Below are positions 16,776-26,075 of a stretch of 32,000 nt of DNA, one piece after another. A program made the position numbers and the translations under genes. A model generated the notes under the pieces. That model saw nothing but the letters and a program-made list of their open reading frames with translations, was not told where the DNA came from and did not search any database. The stretch is from Candidatus Lokiarchaeum ossiferum (GTDB lineage: Archaea; Asgardarchaeota; Lokiarchaeia; Sigyniarchaeales; Promethearchaeaceae), in the NCBI GenBank assembly GCA_025839675.1, contig CP104013.1:2790001-2822000 (forward strand), read 5' to 3'. Each line of letters opens with the position of its first letter. Within the stretch, counting starts at the first letter, position 1.

Positions 16776-18656
16776 ATGAAGAATAAAAGTCTCTTAAATG
16801 GGACTTGGAACCTAATTGTCGATCCCCAAAAAAAAGGAGAGAAAGAATCTTGGTTTTCCCCTACTTTTCTAAATAATCAAAAATATTCTGTAGAAAAAAT
16901 TGCAGTTCCTTCTAATTATAATACAATTCCAAAGTTATTTGAATATACTGGGGTTGTTTGGTATATCCTCGAACTATCGGAATTCCCAGCAATTTCATCC
17001 AAAGAGGATTTATTCCTATGTTTTGATGGGGCAAATTACATTGCAAAAATTTGGATAAATGGCCAGTTTATCGGCGAGCACGAAGGAGGTTTTCTTCCCT
17101 TTAAATTTAGATTGCCTAATCCCTTGAAATTAAAACAACCTAATGGAGATAAAAATTGGTTAGTGGTGAAAATTGATACCTCAATTGTAAAAGATGGAAT
17201 TCCAGGGGAGAGTACAGACTGGTTTAATTGGGGAGGACTACACCGAGATGTGTATTGGGAAATTAAGAATAAAATTCGGATTGATCATGTGAAGATCAAG
17301 TCATCTTTTAATTCTCCGTGGCCACATTCGGCACAAATCTCCATTTCTATTAAAAAAAATAACTTTTCAAAAAACCTATTAGATGAACATGTATTGACAT
17401 GTAGAATTTATGAGCTAAGAAAAGATAACCTAACTCAAATTAAACGTGCATCCCAGATTTATATTCAACAAGAATTTTCTCTTGATACGAGATCAATTCA
17501 GCAGTTCAACATGGATATACTTAATCCAAAACTTTGGTCCCCTACCGAACCCAATCTTTACGAAATAGAATTGCAAATTAAAAACTTAACTTCACCAGTT
17601 ATAGAACGCTTTGGAATTCGTATGATTGAAACCCAAGAACATTTACTTCTACTTAATAAACGCCCGATCAAAATGAAAGGAGCTTCACTTCATGAAGAAC
17701 TAGAACCTTATGGACGGCACTATAGTACCCAGCTTCGGCGATCTGAACTCCAAGCAATGAAAGCTTTAGGATTTAATGCCCTTCGCTCTGCCCACTATTC
17801 GCATGATGAACGACTTTGTCAATTGTGTGATGAAGAAGGATTACTACTTCTAGAAGAAATACCTCTATATTGGAATATTGAATACACAAATCGCAAAATT
17901 ATCAAATTAGCAGCTCAAATGATTCGCGATTTGATATCTCGCGATTTTAATCACCCATCAGTTATTGTTTGGTCTGTGGGGAATGAAGTACCGGTTGAAG
18001 ATTTGGGGTGTCGCCAAACAATCAAATTATTGCTGCAATATGCCCGAAAATTGGATCCGTCTAGACTTGTAACTTATGCAAGCTGTCGAATGGTTTCTGA
18101 TGTAACTCGAAAATATAGCAGTATCAATGCAATTAATTTTTACTTCGGTTGGTATTACATGACCCCCTATAATCTCAATTTCTTTTTAGATGCCATGTAC
18201 TATGGAACACACCCAAAAACACCATGGATAATGACAGAATTTGGAGCAGGGGCAAAATATGGAGAACATAACCTTAAAGAACAATTTTCCGAAGAAAATC
18301 AAGCCCGAACAATCGCCCATCAGATTCAAGTGATGAATTCTAAACCCTATATGGCTGGATGGTTCATTTGGATCTATCGAGATTTCCGGTCTTCACAACG
18401 TTTAAATCGATTTCAACAAGGATTCAATCGGAAAGGTATCGTCAGTGAGAAGAATGAAAAAAAACTGATTGCTCGAATAATGCCTCAGTTGATCAATAAA
18501 AAAATAGAGAGAATTCGCCATTATCGAGGGTTGGCTCAATTTTACGCATATATCATGCGTTGGGTTGAAAGAGTAGCGGTTAAAATAATATTTTTCTTAG
18601 AATTTCGCAAAGAAAGAAAAATGGTTAAATCATATTACCATACCGAGTTAGATTAA
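16776..18656 (+). CDS. glycoside hydrolase family 2 enzyme (beta-glucuronidase/beta-galactosidase-like)
   Basis: Sugar-binding domain: FDGANYIAKIWINGQFIGEHEGGFLPFKF and WGGLHRDVYW. TIM barrel: GFNALRSAHYSHDE, NHPSVIVWSVGNEV (acid/base Glu) and PWIMTEFGAGA (nucleophile Glu). No signal peptide was seen. Confidence 0.85.
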   Translation: MKNKSLLNGTWNLIVDPQKKGEKESWFSPTFLNNQKYSVEKIAVPSNYNTIPKLFEYTGVVWYILELSEFPAISSKEDLFLCFDGANYIAKIWINGQFIGEHEGGFLPFKFRLPNPLKLKQPNGDKNWLVVKIDTSIVKDGIPGESTDWFNWGGLHRDVYWEIKNKIRIDHVKIKSSFNSPWPHSAQISISIKKNNFSKNLLDEHVLTCRIYELRKDNLTQIKRASQIYIQQEFSLDTRSIQQFNMDILNPKLWSPTEPNLYEIELQIKNLTSPVIERFGIRMIETQEHLLLLNKRPIKMKGASLHEELEPYGRHYSTQLRRSELQAMKALGFNALRSAHYSHDERLCQLCDEEGLLLLEEIPLYWNIEYTNRKIIKLAAQMIRDLISRDFNHPSVIVWSVGNEVPVEDLGCRQTIKLLLQYARKLDPSRLVTYASCRMVSDVTRKYSSINAINFYFGWYYMTPYNLNFFLDAMYYGTHPKTPWIMTEFGAGAKYGEHNLKEQFSEENQARTIAHQIQVMNSKPYMAGWFIWIYRDFRSSQRLNRFQQGFNRKGIVSEKNEKKLIARIMPQLINKKIERIRHYRGLAQFYAYIMRWVERVAVKIIFFLEFRKERKMVKSYYHTELD

Positions 18657-18773
18657 AAGGGTAGGGAATTATTATAGCTAAGTGCAAAAGTTCAATATCT
18701 GAATCAAATTATAACTTGTTTCTCCAAGAAATAACATTGAATTTAATATATAAGTAAAATTAAGTTCAAATTA

Positions 18774-19760
18774 ATGAGCTTGGAAATTGTTCTTTTCTAT
18801 TTCTCTGGTACAGGTAATACAAAATTAATCGCAACTCAGTTAAAGCAACAATTGGAACGAGCATCCCATCAGGTTACTTTAATTTCAATTGAAAATCTGC
18901 AGGAATTAGATGATATACGCAAGTGGTTCAAGCCAGGAATACTATTAGGCTTTGGGTTTCCTGTTTATAAATTCACTTACCCCGCGATTTTTGACGATTT
19001 CATTAGTAAAATTGAAGTTGTGAAAAGAAAAGAGATGAATGAAAATACAATGCGATACTTCTCTTTTTGCACTTATTGTCGATTTCCCGCAAATTCCCTA
19101 TATCAATTTGCACGAAGAATGAAAAAAATCAATCTTTTCCCCATCGCAACAGAAGAGTTCAAATGCCCTTCCAATGGAATTGCAGCAATGAAATCCTCAG
19201 ATGATTATGAATACAACACCGTGATGTACTTTGAAATAGGTATAACGGCAAAAATAAAGCAATTTGCTCGCAATATCGAAAAAAGTTTCCTTTATATAAA
19301 AAGAGCAAGAGTACCAATCCATCCGATTCGAAATTTATTTGACTCGATTCAGCTGAAAATAGTGGAAAAAATCGAAGCGGTAAAATATCCCAAATTAACT
19401 ATAGATAAAGAATCCTGCATTCTCTGTGGATTGTGCAGTAAGCAATGCCCTCAACAAAATTTAATCCAAAAAAGCACCCAAGTTCAGATCGAAGATCCAT
19501 ATTCCTGTCTTCATTGTCTTCGTTGTATGCATTATTGTCCTTCTAAATCGATCAGTTTCGGGGAATTAACTTTTGGTCCTCAACAATATTCTTCCAAAAT
19601 TCGCCAAAATCTTTTTTTAGCAGCGGATCAACCAATTCCAACAGAAAAAATGTGGATTCATAAAAATGCATCAAAAATTCTTCGAAGATGGAAAATGAAA
19701 GCGATTTTATATTGGATTACCCAAGGACACCGAATCTTGCGAGAGCGAAAGAATGAATAG
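18774..19760 (+). CDS. flavodoxin-like domain protein with 2x[4Fe-4S] ferredoxin domain (EFR1-like)
   Basis: The N-terminus VLFYFSGTGNTKLIA is a flavodoxin-like phosphate loop. Two cluster motifs are present: CILCGLCSKQCP and CLHCLRCMHYCP. Confidence 0.75.
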   Translation: MSLEIVLFYFSGTGNTKLIATQLKQQLERASHQVTLISIENLQELDDIRKWFKPGILLGFGFPVYKFTYPAIFDDFISKIEVVKRKEMNENTMRYFSFCTYCRFPANSLYQFARRMKKINLFPIATEEFKCPSNGIAAMKSSDDYEYNTVMYFEIGITAKIKQFARNIEKSFLYIKRARVPIHPIRNLFDSIQLKIVEKIEAVKYPKLTIDKESCILCGLCSKQCPQQNLIQKSTQVQIEDPYSCLHCLRCMHYCPSKSISFGELTFGPQQYSSKIRQNLFLAADQPIPTEKMWIHKNASKILRRWKMKAILYWITQGHRILRERKNE

Positions 19761-19790
19761 TTATAAGAAAGTTATCACCAATAGTAACGT

Positions 19791-20816
19791 ATGAACTTTC
19801 TAACTTTCAAAATCATTATTGGAGACGATCCAGGGGCAAAAACCTTTAAAAAACTAGCTCGTTGGTGGAATTCCATTCGTCAGTTGGATGAGAACGATCC
19901 GAGTCCAGAGCATTTCTGGATGTTTTACCAACTGGGAGATTTTGATCAACAAACTCATATCATCAAATGGGAGATTTGGTCTACGTGGCGTCTCAAGCAA
20001 AATTTTGATGATTTTAACAAGGGGATTTATATTGGAGCGACATGTGGCTTATTTTTCTATTATCCTGATATTCCAGCGTCCTATGCACAGCTAAAGAAGA
20101 CTATGAACGTGTTTTTTGAGAAACGGAAAACCAAAATTGCACCCTTTTTCATCGTGGCTTTAAGCGATCTCGGACATAATGACATTCCCACAGAACAGCA
20201 ATTATTTATTGAGAGTAATGGGGGAAAAATTCTCCCGTTAGCAACTGAAGTACTTGATAAGGACATGCGCCCCTTGCTCAATAAATTATTTAAAATCTTT
20301 CTGCAAGAGTTAGATCCAGAACGCTGCCGCCAAATAGACATTCAAAAGAATTATTGGGCACTTTCCCTTGAAGAATTGCAAAAAATTTTGTATGAAGATA
20401 AAAATGGGATCAAAATTCGACCCCGTCATACCCCTCCACTTGCATCACCCATTGCATCCTATCCTAAAACGGAAGAGCAATCTATTGAGGTTCCGCGAGC
20501 AAAACCAGGATTTGAAGCACGCAAATTGACCGAAGCAGATCTTACGGAGGAAGAACGCAAACACATTGCCATTAGTCCCGATGGAGATATTGTACTCTTA
20601 GAAAAAGATATTTCTCAAGATAAAATTGTGGAGATGGTGAGTAAAGGATATCAATTACCAGCATGGATTGTGGTCCCCCGCCACTGTCCCAAGTGCTTGA
20701 ATCAAAATCAAGCCATGATTCGTGAAGTCATAGATAGAGACAATGTTCTCATGCAATATCCCACAATTTATGGAAAGAAGTATATATGTGGAAATTGTGG
20801 GAATGATTGGCATTAG
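19791..20816 (+). CDS. Ras-like (small-GTPase-fold) domain with degenerate G motifs fused to a C-terminal C4 zinc ribbon
   Basis: FKIIIGDDPGAKTFKKL resembles beta1 plus the P-loop (GxxxxAKT instead of GxxxxGKS/T). IKWEIWSTWRLKQNF sits where xxxWDTAGQE would be. FFIVALSDLGHND sits where the NKxD motif would be. The C-terminus has CPKC...(30 aa)...CGNCG. The start is 31 nt after the preceding gene. Confidence 0.55.
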   Translation: MNFLTFKIIIGDDPGAKTFKKLARWWNSIRQLDENDPSPEHFWMFYQLGDFDQQTHIIKWEIWSTWRLKQNFDDFNKGIYIGATCGLFFYYPDIPASYAQLKKTMNVFFEKRKTKIAPFFIVALSDLGHNDIPTEQQLFIESNGGKILPLATEVLDKDMRPLLNKLFKIFLQELDPERCRQIDIQKNYWALSLEELQKILYEDKNGIKIRPRHTPPLASPIASYPKTEEQSIEVPRAKPGFEARKLTEADLTEEERKHIAISPDGDIVLLEKDISQDKIVEMVSKGYQLPAWIVVPRHCPKCLNQNQAMIREVIDRDNVLMQYPTIYGKKYICGNCGNDWH

Positions 20817-20858
20817 CGCAATAAGAAATTGAAAAAAGTTTTTTTCGACAATTCTAAT

Positions 20859-21818
20859 TTAGATCGAAATAGGTTTTCCAGTAAAGGGGTTGAATAATGC
20901 AGTAACATTCATTCCAAAAAGGTCTCTCATTCTAATCCGGAAGAGATAAGCGACAATGTTTTGCAGAATAATGAGCAACAATAGTATACAGTTTAAACCT
21001 CCAATGACGGCAATCCAAATCAAATCAGCCCGCCCTATTACCATCAATGTTATACACAAAGTTTTAAGCACAGCACCTCCCACCAAGGACCATAGTTTAT
21101 GCATTAACGAAAATGCTTCTTTATAGATCTTCTCATACTCGTTTCGAATTTTTATTTTATCTTCCGTTGGAATCTGAGGTGGAATGCTTAATTTCGGAAT
21201 TGGAGCGATGGCTGTGTAAAATTTTTCAACTAGATCACCAAGATATTCGAAAAAGTTTAGTTTTTTCTTCTCTAGCGCAGAATTTTCATCTTCTTCAGGA
21301 AAACAAAATATTTCATATGTCTTTCTATTGGTGGTTTGCAATCCTTTGACATATCTTGCACGGAAGTGATCATAAGCCAAGACTTGGAGACCCAATGATA
21401 AACCAATCACAATCCCATAGAGTAAAACCATCCATCCGCTTTCAGCAGATTCAAAAATCATTAAACCAACTACAACAAACACAAATCCTAAGGTATCACA
21501 AGCAGCATCAAAAATTGCACCAAATTTGGTGTATTTTTTTAAATTCCGAGCGAGAGATCCATCGGTGCAATCTAAAACATGACCAGCAAAGAGCATTATT
21601 GCAGCCGAAAGAAAATTACCTGTAGCAATTAAAATACCTGAGATAATAGTAGTAATGAATCCAATTACCGAAATGGCATTAGGAGTCAATTTTAATTTCT
21701 TTGCAATCATAACAAAGGGAAAAGCGAGGGGTCGATAAAAATACTCATTTAATACTTCCCCGTTTTGCTTAGAACCTTTTTTATATTCTATATTAATTGT
21801 TTCAATAATCGAATTCAT
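20859..21818 (-). CDS. CDP-alcohol phosphatidyltransferase family protein
   Basis: The complete signature D(x)2DG(x)2AR(x)8G(x)3D(x)3D is present in LDCTDGSLARNLKKYTKFGAIFDAACDTLG, and the protein is multi-TM. The track start at 21863 is GTG, and I prefer the ATG at 21818 (MNSIIETINIEYKK). Confidence 0.85.
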   Translation of the reverse strand: MNSIIETINIEYKKGSKQNGEVLNEYFYRPLAFPFVMIAKKLKLTPNAISVIGFITTIISGILIATGNFLSAAIMLFAGHVLDCTDGSLARNLKKYTKFGAIFDAACDTLGFVFVVVGLMIFESAESGWMVLLYGIVIGLSLGLQVLAYDHFRARYVKGLQTTNRKTYEIFCFPEEDENSALEKKKLNFFEYLGDLVEKFYTAIAPIPKLSIPPQIPTEDKIKIRNEYEKIYKEAFSLMHKLWSLVGGAVLKTLCITLMVIGRADLIWIAVIGGLNCILLLLIILQNIVAYLFRIRMRDLFGMNVTALFNPFTGKPISI

Positions 21819-22419
21819 ATAACAACAATAATGTATTGGTCTGAAATAAAATAAAGTTACCACTTCCCCAATGAAACTGAATTTAGTCCAACATAGAAGT
21901 GTCTTGAAATCAGAAATTGAATAACTAAAGAAAGATATAAAAAAAAAGTTGAGAATTTTGGAATTTTACTAGAAATTATCGCATTAGAAATCGAAAATAA
22001 TGTGAAGATTCACAGCTTTTCTGGCGTTGAAGTTGGTGAAATTCAGTAAATTGAATTTTGGAAATCAAATCAGGATTCATGGTCGGTTTTTTCATTAGGG
22101 TTCACAAATTGTTTTTGTTAATTAATATATGTATGGCACCTCATTTGATTAATATCCAAATAGTCCGCTAGATACCATATGGAATTATTTTTTCAATAAG
22201 GTTCTTAAACTCCACTTTTTTTTACTCAAAAATTACTTTGGGGGGATTTATCCCTATTAAACTTATTGAATCTCTCACCTCATTAATAGGAAAATTTGGC
22301 ATTTCAATTGTTTACATTCATATTATTTAGAACTTCTTGATGAAAATTGCGCTATATTCTTAAAAATCATTTTAGTCTAACATCATTTCAAAGAATTATC
22401 ATTCTAAAAGTGATTATGT

Positions 22420-23475
22420 ATGAAAAAAATTAAAATTATTATCGGATTCTCACTTCTAATCTCCGTTTGCACTTTTTCGTTTGTGTTTGCATTTAATCAA
22501 AAAAAATTTCCCGGATATACCGTAGGTTATCGAATATATGCGGATGACGAGTACGCTTATGTTTCCCATAATGACGGAGTAGAAATAATTGACATTGAGA
22601 ATAAAAGACATCCCAAAATTCTCGAAAATATAGAATTTGGAGATGGCGCTTTTGGAATTGAAAAACAAGGGGATCTTCTTTATATCGCTGGATGGTCTGA
22701 AGGCTTAATCATTGCAAATGTGAGTAATCCGAAACAACCTTCTATTTGTAGCAAAACACCGTTTGAGGGAGCTGCAAATATGCTAACTTACCATAACGAT
22801 TTAGTGTATATATTACTTAGCTCCAACGTGGTGAAAATAATGAATGTTTCAAATCCTTATTCTCCAGTTCTTCTCCCGACTTTCACAACTTCCCAAGCGA
22901 GAGATTATCGAGATATTAAAGTTGCAGAAGATGTCATCTTTATTGCAGATGTTCAGCGAGGTATCGATATAATTAATGCAAGCAATCCATCATCCCCCGT
23001 TCTACTTAACACAATCAAAACTTCGGCTCCAATTGCTCTTCATATATATGAGACAAACCTATTTCTAGGTTGTCATGGGGTTGGAGTAAAATGGTATGAT
23101 ATTTCTAATTTGACTTCTCCAATTCTTAAGGGAACTTATCAGGAACCAGGAGGTGAAGTCTACGGAGTTTGGGGGAATGTAACTCATTTATATGTAGCAG
23201 ATTTGCAAAGAGGAACCTATTGCTTAGTGACTTTGGGAGGACGATTATCAAAAATCAATCATTATGAGGGTGCAGCCCCCCATGACATTTCAGGTTCGGG
23301 AGAAACGATTTATTTGGCAGATCAAGATCTTCGGTTAATGATTTTTGATGCTAATCTTAATTGTTTGTATGACGGACACAAGAAGAGTTATTGGTTCCCA
23401 ATTGGGTTGACTATAATACCCGTAAGTTTGATTGTATGGATGAGAGGAAAAGTAAAGAAAAACTCGCCAATCTAA
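22420..23475 (+). CDS. LVIVD-repeat beta-propeller surface protein with N-terminal signal/anchor and C-terminal TM anchor
   Basis: About seven repeats of the LVIVD type, for example YAYVSHNDGVEIIDIENKRHPKIL, LLYIAGWSEGLIIANVSNPKQPSI, VIFIADVQRGIDIINASNPSSPVLL and HLYVADLQRGTYCLV. The N-terminus is MKKIKIIIGFSLLISVCTFSFVFA. The C-terminus is YWFPIGLTIIPVSLIVWMRGKVKKN. Confidence 0.8.
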   Translation: MKKIKIIIGFSLLISVCTFSFVFAFNQKKFPGYTVGYRIYADDEYAYVSHNDGVEIIDIENKRHPKILENIEFGDGAFGIEKQGDLLYIAGWSEGLIIANVSNPKQPSICSKTPFEGAANMLTYHNDLVYILLSSNVVKIMNVSNPYSPVLLPTFTTSQARDYRDIKVAEDVIFIADVQRGIDIINASNPSSPVLLNTIKTSAPIALHIYETNLFLGCHGVGVKWYDISNLTSPILKGTYQEPGGEVYGVWGNVTHLYVADLQRGTYCLVTLGGRLSKINHYEGAAPHDISGSGETIYLADQDLRLMIFDANLNCLYDGHKKSYWFPIGLTIIPVSLIVWMRGKVKKNSPI

Positions 23476-23547
23476 GAGTTCGTAATTTAAATTAATTGAT
23501 TCCTACACCCAAATTTAAAAAGAAGAATTTCTATTTTAAAAACAGAA

Positions 23548-24426
23548 ATGACCTTACATGACAAAAAAAAAATGGAAGAGAGCCTACAACCTTTTCTGGA
23601 ACAATCTCTGAATTTACCCGAGAACATTCTAAAAATCATAGATTTCTTCTTTGAAACAATGCAAGCTATATTTCATAAAGCCAGTCAACTTTATCCGATG
23701 TTAGAGGAATCAGCCTTTGATTTGCCAACATTTAATACAATACTAGAAAATGTCAATGATCTTGAAATCCACTTCAAGAAATTACATCATTTGGATAAAG
23801 ATCATGTAAGCTTTTTCCAAACTTTGAACCAACTTCTTGAAGATCCCACGAACAAAATGGAAAAAATTCGGTATTTATCCAAGTTAGGCTCGGGTTTTTC
23901 CTTGACGGGTAGCCATGATCATGTTAGTGACAGTGATTTTGAAGTAGGATATTTCTACAAGCTCTCCTATAATACTCTGAGCAAGCCAATTACTGATTTA
24001 GAATCGTTAAAACCGTTCATGCAAACTCCAAAAAGTTCAGAGCAACATCATCCCTGTACGACTTGGATTCACAAGTTCATTCAAGACTTAGCCCAAATAA
24101 TGCTAAATGGTCTTGGAGAAATAATACCGGGAGTAGTCTACTATGAATTCCCCCCCTCAATTATGCATTATCATCAAAGATCCCAAGAGATTGCTCAAAT
24201 CTTTGATCTTCCATTATTTATCAACCCAGAGAATAAAGTTTCCAAATATCTTCAATTAGTAATTCGAGAATTCAATAAAATATTGGATGAGAATCGTTAT
24301 CGTGAAAAGAAAATCAAAATGAATGGAATATTGAGTGATAAACCAGGATTATATGAATTTCGAAGAGTTATCAAGTCCATTAAAAAATTCCAGACCAAAT
24401 TTGAGAAATTAGGATTTTTAAACTAG
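23548..24426 (+). CDS. hypothetical protein (292 aa)
   Basis: ATG ORF with soluble, mostly helical-looking composition. No motif was recognised. Confidence 0.5.
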   Translation: MTLHDKKKMEESLQPFLEQSLNLPENILKIIDFFFETMQAIFHKASQLYPMLEESAFDLPTFNTILENVNDLEIHFKKLHHLDKDHVSFFQTLNQLLEDPTNKMEKIRYLSKLGSGFSLTGSHDHVSDSDFEVGYFYKLSYNTLSKPITDLESLKPFMQTPKSSEQHHPCTTWIHKFIQDLAQIMLNGLGEIIPGVVYYEFPPSIMHYHQRSQEIAQIFDLPLFINPENKVSKYLQLVIREFNKILDENRYREKKIKMNGILSDKPGLYEFRRVIKSIKKFQTKFEKLGFLN

Positions 24427-24509
24427 AAACACTAATTCAAAATTCTCACTCTTTTCTTCTTTGAAGTCAATTTTATAAGATTAAAAAGAGATTGAATCAA
24501 AGTTTAGGA

Positions 24510-25976
24510 CTATATTTTTTGATCATTATTATTGTTTTTCTCCCAATGCTCAAATTGATTATCTAATACCTCCAAATATTCCTTAACACCATAATTCACA
24601 AATTCCCTTTTATCGGTAATTTCCCCTTTAATTTGATTTTTGTGAATAAGTATCTGAATGAACTCAAAAACTTTCTCCTCAGGATACTCTATAACTTCCG
24701 CGATTTCAGATATTGCAGATAATTTTTTTTGATTCAATAGAAAGAGAATCATTTTTTCTTCAGCGCTGCCTAAGGAACGATATTTAGGCATAATTGAATT
24801 TCTAAAGATGATTAACTCTAAATGAAGATTATCATATCGGAGAAATACTTTTGCAATGATTTGCATGATAATATATCCCAACAAAACCACTGTCAACCAA
24901 TTACTGGATGGTGTAAACCATTTCATAATGGGCAGAATTACAAAATTTAAAAAGAGAATCCAACATAATAAGGGAACCACGAAAAGATTGGAATCATAAT
25001 TACCACTTGATTTCAGAATTTTATAATAGGTCACAATCTGCCCAATTTCAATTATGGCGATAAACATAGCATAGAATAACAATATATTTGATAGGATGAA
25101 GTTTCTCCCCAAAAAAGAATATTGCAATGATCGAATCAAATATAAATCAGGACTGAAAATTTCGATTGAGTTGACAATAAATGCAATAAGGACAGATAAA
25201 ACGAGTGAATTTTCTAGTAAAACAAGAATCCCAATTAAAATCTTGTAAATCCCTGTGATTAATGGCTCTTCAATAGTAATAACTTGCGTTTTTTCCGCAT
25301 TTTTGGGAAAGATGGAATCCATATTCTTACGGAATATTAAATAGTCTGAAGAAAGAACATTTTGACACACCCAGATCCCTACTATCGATGAATTTACTAT
25401 CAACCAGCTGATCAAATCATCATCTATTATAAGGAAAATTACGGCCATAGAAACCACTAGGACTAAAGATAGGAAGTGTAATGGAATTAGATAAAATTTC
25501 CCATGCATCTGCTTTCCATCATATATTTCTTTAATCTTTACAACATAAAGAGCAATGAAAATAAAAACCACGAGCAAGATAAAAATTAAAAAACCAAGAG
25601 AATCGACCAAATCATCGTAGACCATTCTTCTATAGGAATAGATATTTGAAAAGAATAAATTAAAACATATAAGCATCGGAGTAATTGCATGAAGAAAGAA
25701 CACAATTTTTTTCATTTTCTTTGATGGAATTATCCATTTCCCAGATAAGAGAACAACATCTAGAATCACAATAAGGTTAAAACTTATAATAATAAGGAGG
25801 CGAAGTTGACTAAAGGGAATAGTTATCGTTTGGAAAGTGTACGGTATCCCAGAAAAAATGAAATCTACATCTGAGGATTGCATTGAAGCTGCAAAGATAT
25901 CTAACCAAAAACAGGCGAATATTTCAAGAAATATAACAAATGTTCTTTTTATTGATTTTTTCTTCAAGAATTCCAT
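24510..25976 (-). CDS. polytopic membrane protein (about 10 TM) with C-terminal winged-helix-like domain
   Basis: 488-aa ATG ORF. About 400 residues form hydrophobic segments. The soluble tail is EEKMILFLLNQKKLSAISEIAEVIEYPEEKVFEFIQILIHKNQIKGEITDKREFVNYG, which reads as a helix-turn-helix plus wing pattern. Confidence 0.65.
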   Translation of the reverse strand: MEFLKKKSIKRTFVIFLEIFACFWLDIFAASMQSSDVDFIFSGIPYTFQTITIPFSQLRLLIIISFNLIVILDVVLLSGKWIIPSKKMKKIVFFLHAITPMLICFNLFFSNIYSYRRMVYDDLVDSLGFLIFILLVVFIFIALYVVKIKEIYDGKQMHGKFYLIPLHFLSLVLVVSMAVIFLIIDDDLISWLIVNSSIVGIWVCQNVLSSDYLIFRKNMDSIFPKNAEKTQVITIEEPLITGIYKILIGILVLLENSLVLSVLIAFIVNSIEIFSPDLYLIRSLQYSFLGRNFILSNILLFYAMFIAIIEIGQIVTYYKILKSSGNYDSNLFVVPLLCWILFLNFVILPIMKWFTPSSNWLTVVLLGYIIMQIIAKVFLRYDNLHLELIIFRNSIMPKYRSLGSAEEKMILFLLNQKKLSAISEIAEVIEYPEEKVFEFIQILIHKNQIKGEITDKREFVNYGVKEYLEVLDNQFEHWEKNNNNDQKI

Positions 25977-26075
25977 CTCTTCATAATTAATAAATTTCCT
26001 CAGTAATTTTATGGCAAATTACTTTAATAAATTTGATTTTTTTGAGGGACGTCAACTCCTAGGAAAAAAAAAGAA

